Source: a virus
Lineage: Duplodnaviria; Caudoviricetes
Length of the DNA stretch: 53,328 bases
Virus record (IMG/VR): IMGVR_UViG_3300047480_000319
Coordinates: 1-53,328 of that record
Reading direction: 5' to 3' (one strand)
Both the position numbers and the translations under genes were made by a program. Positions 16,763-25,437 of this stretch are shown here, one piece after another. Position 1 is the stretch's first letter; every line of letters begins with the position of its first letter. The notes beneath the pieces were generated by a model that worked only from the letters and a program-made list of their open reading frames with translations, had not been told where the DNA came from and did no database searches.

Positions 16763-18373
16763 TTATCCGTTTAATCGAGTTAAGAACTCTTTTAGACGAT
16801 TAAGATCTGTACTTTCGTTTACTTGTTCTGCGCCTTCTTGGCTCTTTTTGCCCATTGCTTTCTTAATTGCTTTGTCTTTAGAACCTAAGTACTCGTCCTT
16901 ACCTGACTCAACTTTACCGTCGCCGTCATAGTCCTTTTGAGCTTTAACAGCTTCTTTAACACAATCCTTTTTGCCCATTGCTTTCTTAATTGCTTTGTCT
17001 TTAGAACCTAAGTACTCGTCCTTACCTGACTCAACCTTACCGTCGCCATCGTAATCTTTTTTAGCTTTTTTAACAGCTTCTTTAACTACTGCGTCATCTT
17101 TCTTATGCATCTTTTCAATAGCATTACGATAGTTTGTAAGATCCTTTCCGCTTGCTGGCTTCTTGTCTTTAAACATTTGATCGCCTTTTTTATCAGCATA
17201 GCTTTTTAAAGTTTCTTTACTTAATTCATTTAGTTGTACATCTTCTTTCTTAATGTTCTTCCACATAGCAGCCGCAGCAACTTTTTCGCCTTTTTCTTTG
17301 CTACCATACTTCTTTGCAGCCTTATCAGAGACCTTTTTAAAGTTCTTACCTGGCTTACCGATATCTCCGCCTGCCTTTGCTTTCTTTACAGTTGCAGATT
17401 TCTTCTTAGCTGAAAGTCCTGCACTTGGCTTAGAAGATTCATACATTCCTTCGTTTTCGTCAGACGAGGTTGAATCGTATACAGCATTTGCAATCTCATC
17501 AACTAAATTGTCTTTTTCATCTTCACTTAGTGCGTTCCAATGTAAAAGTGTTCTGCGATTTTCTTTAATATAAAATGCAATATCTTCTGAACTAGTAATA
17601 TCTTCGCTAGATATTCCTTTAGAAATTAGTTCGTTGGAGATCTCATGTACTAAATGATTAGCAGCCATTGATTCTTGAACTTGTTGCTTACTTTTTGGTG
17701 AATCTTTAAGACTATTGCTAAGACCCTTTAAATGCTTCGAAACTTTTGCTTTATCCCCGGCCTTTGCAGCATCTTGCATCTTTTTACCGAGTTCTTCATG
17801 TTTGCCACGATATGCCTTCTTAGTTTCGTCGGAGATTTCGTCAAGTTTCTTTTCTTTAGACGCTTTTTTCATTGGCTCTTTCTTATCACCGTCTTTATCT
17901 AAATCAAGAAAATCCGGTTTTGACTTCTTTCCTTCTTCTAATTTCTGTGCTTGAAGTTTTTTAAGTTCTGCAATCTTGGTACGTGCTTCGATTAACTTGC
18001 TACGTAATTCAGCCTTTTGATCTTCATTCATCATTTCAGCATTGTCTAGCTTATGACCGTAGTTACTAAAATCCATTTCATATTCTAGATAATGATAAAC
18101 AGATGCAATATAGTCTGCTGCCTTAGTAATCTTTGCTTGAACCCATGCTTCCATCTGAGTTTCATCTTCAAGTTTATTGTATAATTTTGTAGCATATTTG
18201 GCTAGCTTGCTTAGATCAGCTTTGGCCATTGCTCCTTCTCTGTCTACTTCTCCGTCTGGAAGAAAATCGGTAGATGATGTATCTGTTTGTGGTGGTGGTG
18301 TAAATTTTTCGACAGGTGCTGTTGATGCACTAAAATTTGTGTCGAGAAGTTCGTCAAGTTGTTTCCTACTCAT
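16763..18373 (-). CDS. Lys/Glu-rich modular protein, probable prohead core or internal protein
   Basis: 536 aa, highly charged, modules starting at LxE/VxE, internal repeats. Confidence 0.65.
   Translation of the reverse strand: MSRKQLDELLDTNFSASTAPVEKFTPPPQTDTSSTDFLPDGEVDREGAMAKADLSKLAKYATKLYNKLEDETQMEAWVQAKITKAADYIASVYHYLEYEMDFSNYGHKLDNAEMMNEDQKAELRSKLIEARTKIAELKKLQAQKLEEGKKSKPDFLDLDKDGDKKEPMKKASKEKKLDEISDETKKAYRGKHEELGKKMQDAAKAGDKAKVSKHLKGLSNSLKDSPKSKQQVQESMAANHLVHEISNELISKGISSEDITSSEDIAFYIKENRRTLLHWNALSEDEKDNLVDEIANAVYDSTSSDENEGMYESSKPSAGLSAKKKSATVKKAKAGGDIGKPGKNFKKVSDKAAKKYGSKEKGEKVAAAAMWKNIKKEDVQLNELSKETLKSYADKKGDQMFKDKKPASGKDLTNYRNAIEKMHKKDDAVVKEAVKKAKKDYDGDGKVESGKDEYLGSKDKAIKKAMGKKDCVKEAVKAQKDYDGDGKVESGKDEYLGSKDKAIKKAMGKKSQEGAEQVNESTDLNRLKEFLTRLNG
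16844..17086. repeat. Near-identical tandem direct repeat (2 x about 120 bp) within the CDS
   Basis: 16844-16960 and 16967-17086 both encode VKEAVK..KDYDGDGKVESGKDEYLGSKDKAIKKAMGKK. Confidence 0.95.
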
Positions 18374-18400
18374 GGGTTAACTCCAATGTTTATATTATAT

Positions 18401-18583
18401 TTATCGTTTGATGCTTCCGCCCGTTAACAGATTAGCCTTCATATCTAGAGCATTCTTAGCAGTACCGTCTTTGTTTTTAGGTTGTTTTACTGGTTTATTC
18501 TTATATGCAGGACCGATTGATACGTTAGCAGCCATAGTTGCGCCCATTGTAGCATTTTCACCCAACAATTCACTAATCTTCAT
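18401..18583 (-). CDS. Small hypothetical protein (MKISELLGE...)
   Basis: Start set at ATG 18583, overlapping the upstream stop, with a GGAG SD. Confidence 0.65.
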   Translation of the reverse strand: MKISELLGENATMGATMAANVSIGPAYKNKPVKQPKNKDGTAKNALDMKANLLTGGSIKR

Positions 18584-18840
18584 CTTTTGTCTCCGTACCA
18601 TAACTCGAACCATGCCGGAGTTCCTGGTTTAATATTAGTTTCTCTTTGATATCGTCCTTTATCACATTCTACTTTGTTAGAAGATTGTTTTGCACGATAT
18701 TCGTCTAATCGAGCTTGTGCACCTAGTCCGTCCATTATTTGAGTAGCAATTAATTCATGTACAGGATCGTCAGGGGCAAGATAACAATCTTCTTCAGATT
18801 TTACAGGAATGTTCTGTGATGTAATTTTGTATTGTTTCAT
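18580..18840 (-). CDS. Hypothetical protein
   Basis: 86 aa, C-terminal IKPGTPAWFELW, 4-nt overlaps. Confidence 0.7.
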   Translation of the reverse strand: MKQYKITSQNIPVKSEEDCYLAPDDPVHELIATQIMDGLGAQARLDEYRAKQSSNKVECDKGRYQRETNIKPGTPAWFELWYGDKR

Positions 18841-19205
18841 ATACCGTATTTGTTTTTCTTAGGTTTAGAAATTGGACTAGTTTTATATGTATCTGATAGT
18901 TCTTCGCTTCTATTTGATGAGATACGTTTTAACGGACCGACACCGGATTGCTTCCCTGCATATTGTATCATTTGCCATTCTTCATCAGTGTATGTAGTAA
19001 GCAAAGGATCCCCCCCGATATCGTTAGTAGCCTTTGTTGGATAATCTGGCGCACCTGCTAGTGCTAACCCAAAGCGATAATTTTTATATGAATCGCCTGC
19101 ATTGTTGTTAGCATCGGGTGTAGTAACTGCCCCTTTAATGCTCGACTTTGCTACTTTTGACAACGGCTTATTTCCGCCTTCTGTAATAATTTCCGATATT
19201 TTCAT
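18837..19205 (-). CDS. Hypothetical protein (MKISEIITE...)
   Basis: 122-aa ORF with 4-nt overlaps. Confidence 0.7.
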   Translation of the reverse strand: MKISEIITEGGNKPLSKVAKSSIKGAVTTPDANNNAGDSYKNYRFGLALAGAPDYPTKATNDIGGDPLLTTYTDEEWQMIQYAGKQSGVGPLKRISSNRSEELSDTYKTSPISKPKKNKYGI

Positions 19206-19561
19206 TCGTATCTTCCTTCTTCTTTATGTTTACAAATTTCTTCATAAAACTTATCACAGACTTCTTTAAGGGTTTCTTCGTCTAAATCTCGGGGAAGTCC
19301 TTTTACAGGATAACTTTGGCAATAGTTTTTGTAACTGTTTATTGCAGTTTCTTTAAACATTCCCGAATCGACTTTTGAGTTTTTGCCCATCTTATGTAAA
19401 CATTTTACAAGAGATGGATAGACATGAGTTCTGTAAGTATCGTCGTCGTGGTTCATGTAATAGATCAAATCTTCGGCGAGATCGTACATTAATCCTTTTT
19501 CGGGATCGACGAACTCGTCAAAGTTTTGATGCTTATTTTCAAACAGATCTTTAATTCGCAT
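19202..19561 (-). CDS. Hypothetical protein (MRIKDLFE...)
   Basis: 119-aa ORF downstream of TAAATA at 19589-19584. Confidence 0.7.
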   Translation of the reverse strand: MRIKDLFENKHQNFDEFVDPEKGLMYDLAEDLIYYMNHDDDTYRTHVYPSLVKCLHKMGKNSKVDSGMFKETAINSYKNYCQSYPVKGLPRDLDEETLKEVCDKFYEEICKHKEEGRYE

Positions 19562-19586
19562 AATAAATCCAAAATATATATGGTAT

Positions 19587-20228
19587 TTATGCTGCGGGAC
19601 GTACTATTTTTTCAACTCGAGTGATGATAGAGCCAAGATGCATCTTAGCCATAGTGAGATTTTTATCCCCAGTAATATAGAAATATAAACTAGGAGGATA
19701 CTTGATAGCGTGACTTAACGCATTAATAGTGCTTTTTGGCAAACGAATATTTTTATTATCAGTTGCCCATAAAAGAAAACTTTCTTGCTTACTAGCAGTA
19801 TTTTTAAAATGTACCTTGTAATCAAAAGGTAATGTTGATACAATTTCTCCTTCGGATAAAATAGCTGATGGTTGATAGATATATTTTACTCGAGCTTCGT
19901 TAATATTTTTTAAAGTATTAACATCAGCTTCTGACGAAAAATAAATCGATAACCAAGGACTTTCTACCCGAATTGAGAAGTCGTTAATTGATAACAGAGC
20001 TTGATAAACATCAAATAGATAATCTAAATCTTCCTGACTTTTGACTAGAGTGTAGGTATAAAATTTATCATCTAATTTTGGTTCAATAACGATTTCAGAT
20101 AAATTCTTAAAAATTTTATCTAAGTCGCCACTCCTAAATAGAGATACTCCGGAAGATACCAACACAATTTTGTATTGATATCTTCCTTTGTATAATTTCT
20201 TAAGAGGCCTATAAAATATCATTAACAA
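19587..20228 (-). CDS. Hypothetical protein
   Basis: About 213-aa ORF overlapping the end of clpA; start uncertain (ATG at 20222 possible). Confidence 0.7.
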   Translation of the reverse strand: MLMIFYRPLKKLYKGRYQYKIVLVSSGVSLFRSGDLDKIFKNLSEIVIEPKLDDKFYTYTLVKSQEDLDYLFDVYQALLSINDFSIRVESPWLSIYFSSEADVNTLKNINEARVKYIYQPSAILSEGEIVSTLPFDYKVHFKNTASKQESFLLWATDNKNIRLPKSTINALSHAIKYPPSLYFYITGDKNLTMAKMHLGSIITRVEKIVRPAA

Positions 20229-22479
20229 GTTCGGTTGTTAATAACTGTACCTTAGGCAACTTTGGCTTTGTAACAAGTACAAGTTTATTGTCGGCTACAC
20301 TAATTGACAATGTGCCTCCGTTCTTCAAGTCTCCGAATAACATTAATTTAGCAAGATCGCGTTTAATTTCTTTGTCGATTACCCGTTGTAGTGGTCTTGC
20401 ACCCATCTTGTCGTCAAATCCTCGTTCAAGTAACCAGTTAACGGCATCCTTATTAACTTTAATCTTAATACCTTTATCCTTAACTTGCAATCTAAGTTCG
20501 TCAATAAATTTATTTACAATCTTAATAGAAGTTGACTTATCAAGTTTGTTAAATGTTACAATACCGTCGAGCCTGTTGCGAAACTCTGGAGTAAAGAATT
20601 TATTTAATTCGGCATCACTATATTCTTTTCTTTGAGCTCCAAAACCGATTGCATTCTTTTCAGCTTCTCGTGCACCGGCATTTGTAGTTAGAATAAGGAT
20701 GATATTACGACAGTCTGCCTTTTTACCATTGCTACCTGTAACAAATCCGTTATCCATTAGCTGAAGCAAAATAGTAGTTACATCAGGATGTGACTTTTCT
20801 ACTTCGTCTAATAACAATACAGCATTTGGATGCTCTTGAATTTGTGTTATAAGCTGCCCGGCATTTTCTTCAAATCCTACATACCCCGGAGGACTTCCGA
20901 TGAGCTTACTAATGCTATGTTGCTCTTGATATTCACTCATATCAAATCTGAGCAGGTTAACTCCTAAATGCTTTGCTAAGGATTTAGCAGTTTCAGTCTT
21001 ACCACATCCTGTTGGCCCCATAAATACAAACGAACCAATTGGCTTATTTTCTGCCTTAAGTCCGGCTTGTGCAACAATAATCTTATCTACTACTTCTTCA
21101 ATTGCAAGGTCTTGTCCGTAGACATCATTTTCTAATCCTTCTTGCAACTTTGCCAAGCATACACTTTCAGTTTCCATAACTTGTTCGGCAGGCAAATTAA
21201 CCATCTTACTTAATTCAAATTGAATCTCAGATTCAGATACAATTCTGTCTTCGGCTAACTTTAAGTTAAATCTAGAACATGCACAGTCAATAAGATCAAT
21301 AGCCTTATCGGGCAACTTCTTGTCTGCTTGATATTTTACTGACAACTTAATTGCAGCCTGAAGTGCATCGTCTTTAATTTTTACCTTATGATGTCCTTCG
21401 TAGTATTTCTTAATACCCTTCAAGATTTGCAAGGTGACTTCTTGAGTTGGCTCGTCGACTGTGATACGTTGGAATCGACGCATAAGTGCTCGATCTTTTT
21501 CGAAATGCTTGCGGAATTCTTCCCAAGTAGTTGATGCAACAACTTTAATGTTTCCTTTGCTAAGAGCAGGCTTCATCATATTGGCAAGGTCGTTTGCATT
21601 GCTTCCGGATGATCCTGCACCGCTAATCATATGTGCTTCGTCGATGAACAGCACACACTTTCCTTTCTTTTGAAGAGCTTTAATAACATTTTTAAATCTT
21701 TCTTCAAAATCTCCTCGATACTTGCTTCCTGCAAGCATTGCACTAATGTCGAGATTATAAACTGTATAATCTTTCAAAAAGTCGGGGACTGCCTCCTTAA
21801 CAATGTTATATGCCAAACCTTCCGCAATTGCAGTTTTACCTACACCGGGATCGCCGACTAGAATAACATTATTTTTGCTGCGACGACCTAATGCTAGTGC
21901 AATATTTTCAAGTTCGTCTACACGACCAATAACAGGGTCGATTTTATTTTTAGCAACTTGCTCATTTAGATTTGTAGTAAACGATGCTAGTGCCTTATTG
22001 CTGGCTGGATCCATGCTTGGTTGTTCTCCTTCGTCCTCATCCTCGTCGAAGGAATTATGTAAGTAATCTGAGAACTTATCTTTTTCAATTTCTGATTGTT
22101 GTAGATAAAAGAATGCCCAGCTATGTTTTTCAGTCATTAATGCTACAAAAACATCAGTCGGTTCAATCTTTTGTCGACCGTTAAACAATACTTGTGTAAA
22201 TGCTTTATTTAATACCCTTTCAACTGCCTGGGTTTTCTTGGGCTTTACTACCACGTCGGGTACAGTAATTTGTGCGCATTTAGTGTTTAAGTGGTCCGTT
22301 AGCAATTTCCTCATATTATCAGGATTTGCGCCGTACCCTTGTAAACATTTTACGAACGAGTCGTCCATGAGGATTGCATAAAGCAAATGTTCTATGGTGA
22401 TATATTCGTGATGTAATTTCTTAGCAGCTTCGATAGCTTTTTCGAAAACTGCTTGTAAATTATCGCTAGGTTCAACCAT
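20209..22479 (-). CDS. clpA: ATP-dependent Clp protease ATP-binding subunit ClpA
   Basis: Clp N-domain, two AAA+ domains (GDPGVGKT, GPTGCGKT), GSKYRGDFEER, GSPPGYVG, IGF loop, no middle coiled coil. Confidence 0.95.
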   Translation of the reverse strand: MVEPSDNLQAVFEKAIEAAKKLHHEYITIEHLLYAILMDDSFVKCLQGYGANPDNMRKLLTDHLNTKCAQITVPDVVVKPKKTQAVERVLNKAFTQVLFNGRQKIEPTDVFVALMTEKHSWAFFYLQQSEIEKDKFSDYLHNSFDEDEDEGEQPSMDPASNKALASFTTNLNEQVAKNKIDPVIGRVDELENIALALGRRSKNNVILVGDPGVGKTAIAEGLAYNIVKEAVPDFLKDYTVYNLDISAMLAGSKYRGDFEERFKNVIKALQKKGKCVLFIDEAHMISGAGSSGSNANDLANMMKPALSKGNIKVVASTTWEEFRKHFEKDRALMRRFQRITVDEPTQEVTLQILKGIKKYYEGHHKVKIKDDALQAAIKLSVKYQADKKLPDKAIDLIDCACSRFNLKLAEDRIVSESEIQFELSKMVNLPAEQVMETESVCLAKLQEGLENDVYGQDLAIEEVVDKIIVAQAGLKAENKPIGSFVFMGPTGCGKTETAKSLAKHLGVNLLRFDMSEYQEQHSISKLIGSPPGYVGFEENAGQLITQIQEHPNAVLLLDEVEKSHPDVTTILLQLMDNGFVTGSNGKKADCRNIILILTTNAGAREAEKNAIGFGAQRKEYSDAELNKFFTPEFRNRLDGIVTFNKLDKSTSIKIVNKFIDELRLQVKDKGIKIKVNKDAVNWLLERGFDDKMGARPLQRVIDKEIKRDLAKLMLFGDLKNGGTLSISVADNKLVLVTKPKLPKVQLLTTELVNDIL

Positions 22480-22509
22480 GTGATTCTCCTTTAAAAAAAC
22501 TAATTAACG

Positions 22510-22538
22510 ACTTTAACACAGATCGGTATGTGAGTCAA
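22510..22538 (-). promoter_or_regulatory. Sigma70-like promoter for clpA (TTGACT-17-TAAAGT, extended TGn)
   Basis: Correct spacing, followed by an AAGGAG SD. Confidence 0.55.
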
Positions 22539-23395
22539 GACTCACCGTTTATCTCTTTATTAATGTTTCTCAACTTTGATACAATCGCAGGATCGGTAAT
22601 TGATGTAGGTTCAATTTCTACAACAGTTACAAATCTTCCCTTAATATGTGTACGATGCGGATCGGAAAATCCTGCACCGGCCATTGCAAATTCTGTGCCA
22701 TGCTTTATGCCTGGATTTAAATTGAGCTCCTTTTCAGCCCCTGTTATATTTTTTACTTTCTTTTTACAACCGATCATAGCCTCAATAGGGTTAATTTTTA
22801 CGGTAGTATAAAGATCGTTTCCTTGTCGCACAAAGGTCAAATCTGGTTGTACGATAACAGTAACATTTAAACTACCTCTAGGAACTCCGGGAATACTATC
22901 GTCTCCGAGTCCCTGATACTTAATAACATCTCCGTGTGCTATACCAGGTGGTAAATTAATAATTACATTCTGACTTTTACCACTCGGCAATGTAAAGTTT
23001 GCTTCTAACTGTTTGCCAAGGAATGAGTCAAGTAAAGTAATATTACATTGTATATTCAAATCACGATTTTTTCTAAATTGTCTTTGCCGTCCAAAGACAT
23101 CATGAAAGTGAGCACCAAACGGAGTACCAGCAAACATGTCTTGCAGATCGTCGTAGTTATTGAATCCGCTAGATCTAAAATTCATCTGCGGATTTCTTTT
23201 CATATGATCGTATTCTGATCTTTTTTGAGAATCACTTAATGTATCGTATGCTGCCGAAATATCTTTAAACTTTGCTTGATCTCCTCCTCTATCAGGATGA
23301 TGTTTCATAGCAAGACTGCGATATGCTTTTTTAATTTCATCTGCTGAGGCAGTTTCAGCTACACCTAAAATTTTATAATAGTCGTCCATAGTCAT
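22535..23395 (-). CDS. DnaJ-class co-chaperone (CbpA-like, no zinc finger)
   Basis: J-domain DYYKILGV...HHPDRGGD, G/F-rich linker and DnaJ C-terminal domain. Confidence 0.93.
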   Translation of the reverse strand: MTMDDYYKILGVAETASADEIKKAYRSLAMKHHPDRGGDQAKFKDISAAYDTLSDSQKRSEYDHMKRNPQMNFRSSGFNNYDDLQDMFAGTPFGAHFHDVFGRQRQFRKNRDLNIQCNITLLDSFLGKQLEANFTLPSGKSQNVIINLPPGIAHGDVIKYQGLGDDSIPGVPRGSLNVTVIVQPDLTFVRQGNDLYTTVKINPIEAMIGCKKKVKNITGAEKELNLNPGIKHGTEFAMAGAGFSDPHRTHIKGRFVTVVEIEPTSITDPAIVSKLRNINKEINGES

Positions 23396-23400
23396 AAGAA

Positions 23401-23448
23401 AAGGTCAAGTTGTAAAGTAATTATACAATCTTGACCTTATGTTGTCAA
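23401..23448 (-). promoter_or_regulatory. Consensus sigma70 promoter (TTGACA-17-TATAAT) overlapped by an inverted repeat / possible terminator
   Basis: -35 at 23448-23443, -10 at 23425-23420; arms AAGGTCAAG and CTTGACCTT at 23401-23438. Confidence 0.7.
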
Positions 23449-23457
23449 TAGAATGAC

Positions 23458-23694
23458 TTATTTTTTCTTTTTAGCAGGTGCCTTTGGCTTCGGAGCAGGT
23501 GTGGGAACCTTTGTGCCTTCGAACTTCTTATGCATCTTAACGTTCTTACATTGCTTTTGAACTTTACCTTTAATTTTAAATTCGTTACAGATCTTCTTAA
23601 CTTCAGGCTTTGCAGGTGCCGCTTCGTGAGAGTTAGCAAATGCAAGCGATGATGCTAAGAGACTTGATAAAAGAATTGACAGTAACTTTTTCAT
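23458..23694 (-). CDS. Small exported basic protein
   Basis: Sec signal peptide MKKLLSILLSSLLASSLAFA, two Cys, Lys/Pro-rich tail. Confidence 0.75.
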   Translation of the reverse strand: MKKLLSILLSSLLASSLAFANSHEAAPAKPEVKKICNEFKIKGKVQKQCKNVKMHKKFEGTKVPTPAPKPKAPAKKKK

Positions 23695-23702
23695 AATATC
23701 TC

Positions 23703-24119
23703 CTATAGTGGTTCGTCAATTTGTGGCGCCGGAGCCGAAGGTGCAAATGACTTTCTAACCGGAGCAGGTGCTGCTACAGGCATTGGTGCTGCTACAGGTG
23801 CAGGTGCAGGTGCTGAGATTGCAACAGGTTGTGGTCCCGGACGCGGTTGTTGTGGCGGTAACGGAGCATCCGCACCACTAATTTTTTCTTTAGTATTACC
23901 GTATGCACTGATACCTAAAATAGCACCCATTGCAATATGATAAAGACCACCACCTTGTAATGTGATTGCATGCCACATATCTAAGTGTTGACCTGGGTTA
24001 TAAAACTGTAATACATTATATAAAATTGGGCCAACGATAAAATCAAACACACATGTTGCCATGTATGTCCACCCCATCATTGGTCTCCATAGTCTTGTTA
24101 GTACACTATTATCTTCCAT
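23703..24119 (-). CDS. Putative holin (GTA 3TM-holin-like)
   Basis: WRPMMGW...FDF and GAILGISAYG..KEK hydrophobic segments; located in the lysis cluster. Confidence 0.7.
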   Translation of the reverse strand: MEDNSVLTRLWRPMMGWTYMATCVFDFIVGPILYNVLQFYNPGQHLDMWHAITLQGGGLYHIAMGAILGISAYGNTKEKISGADAPLPPQQPRPGPQPVAISAPAPAPVAAPMPVAAPAPVRKSFAPSAPAPQIDEPL

Positions 24120-24137
24120 TTTCGCTCCTTTTTAAAA

Positions 24138-24407
24138 TTAAATTGCTTTTGCGGCTGTTGCTGCAATAGTAATCGCTGTGTCGATAATTAACTTTAATTG
24201 TCGTTGTTCATTAAGAGCAGCAGCATCATTAACAATAGATGTTTCGCTCGCAATGTCTTCTAACAATTCTTTATATTCCGATGCACTTAAATCACCCGAG
24301 TTATATTGTTCGGTAATTTCTTTTAACTGGCTAGCAATTTCTGCTAACCTTGCATTTTGTACATCATTATATCCGTTTAAACTATTTAAAATGCTATCTG
24401 CGCTCAT
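24138..24407 (-). CDS. Hypothetical helical protein in the lysis cluster
   Basis: 89-aa ORF coupled to the upstream lipoprotein gene. Confidence 0.7.
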   Translation of the reverse strand: MSADSILNSLNGYNDVQNARLAEIASQLKEITEQYNSGDLSASEYKELLEDIASETSIVNDAAALNEQRQLKLIIDTAITIAATAAKAI

Positions 24408-24808
24408 CGTGGTTTACTCCCTAATACTTCTTGAATTGTTTCGGCTGACTTTTCAATAATGTTAAGTTTCATCTTACAATACGCTTTACCTATCTTTTCT
24501 GGACTTTGATAACGTGTTTGTAATTTGTAAACTTCGTCGTATAATGATTCTGCCAACGGAATCGTTTTTTCATTATGCGGAATGAACTGGGCATAATTTT
24601 TAAGTTTAGTTGCTGTTAAGTACATGCTATTAACAATGATATTCATCTGATCTCGATTTTCACACTGATTAACACTTACTTGAGCTGTACTTCTAACATC
24701 GTCAACAAGTAAATATTCATTAGGATCAAATCCTGCCATAAAATATGCATCGACCATAGCACAACCACTTAACAAAAGCAACAAGGCACCTACAATTAAG
24801 TTTTTCAT
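24404..24808 (-). CDS. Lipoprotein
   Basis: Lipobox LLSGC after a hydrophobic signal. Confidence 0.8.
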   Translation of the reverse strand: MKNLIVGALLLLLSGCAMVDAYFMAGFDPNEYLLVDDVRSTAQVSVNQCENRDQMNIIVNSMYLTATKLKNYAQFIPHNEKTIPLAESLYDEVYKLQTRYQSPEKIGKAYCKMKLNIIEKSAETIQEVLGSKPR

Positions 24809-25104
24809 TTGACTTCCTCGTAAATTTCTCTTTGCTCACGATACCACTCTTGCCAACCGAGATACTTTTCACGTAACTCGTGATACTTTCCGTAGTTTTC
24901 GTTTGCGTTTTGTATTAGATCGCTAAGATCTGTATCAGTTGGCCCCAAGGGGCTTAACTTCGGTGGATCTCTCATTAAGCTCGGCGGTGCTTCCGGAAAT
25001 TTCATGGTCAATGGCACGGTTGTAGAGCACCCTTGCAATATCAGGAATAACACACTCGGCATTAATAGAGTCTTTATTTTCGTGAATGGCTTGTTTATTT
25101 TCAT
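24805..25104 (-). CDS. Outer-membrane spanin (Rz1-like lipoprotein)
   Basis: Lipobox LQGC, Pro-rich region, overlaps the 3' end of the i-spanin in another frame. Confidence 0.8.
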   Translation of the reverse strand: MKINKPFTKIKTLLMPSVLFLILQGCSTTVPLTMKFPEAPPSLMRDPPKLSPLGPTDTDLSDLIQNANENYGKYHELREKYLGWQEWYREQREIYEEVK

Positions 25105-25435
25105 TAACCCGCTCCTTAATGATTTTTACTTTTTCAACTATTTGTGTTTCAATTCTCACATTTGCCTCATGTGATTTTGCTTCAGCTTCTGCGATCTTTT
25201 GTTTCATTTCTTCAACTTTTGATCTCCATTCAGCTTCAACACCATAGCCGCCCTTAAAATACATTCCGCTTGCTAGTAAAATCGTCGCAATTAAATTAGC
25301 AAGATATTTGTACGGAAGCAATCCGGGGACAAAGTTTGTTAGTAACCCTAGTAGAAAAAGACCAGCTCCTCCTACTAGGATACCGTTTATAGCTAATAGC
25401 AAATAACTATCAGGTATAAAATTTAGATAAAACAT
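24935..25435 (-). CDS. Inner-membrane spanin (Rz-like)
   Basis: N-terminal TM helices, coiled coil and a C-terminal Cys; directly after the endolysin. Confidence 0.8.
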   Translation of the reverse strand: MFYLNFIPDSYLLLAINGILVGGAGLFLLGLLTNFVPGLLPYKYLANLIATILLASGMYFKGGYGVEAEWRSKVEEMKQKIAEAEAKSHEANVRIETQIVEKVKIIKERVNENKQAIHENKDSINAECVIPDIARVLYNRAIDHEISGSTAELNERSTEVKPLGAN

Positions 25436-25437
25436 TT

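Noticed and set aside
16844-17086. CRISPR-like array or mobile-element repeat
   Set aside because: Only two long in-frame coding copies, with no spacers, cas genes or transposase
23401-23438. CIRCE (HrcA) operator before dnaJ
   Set aside because: The inverted repeat does not match TTAGCACTC-N9-GAGTGCTAA
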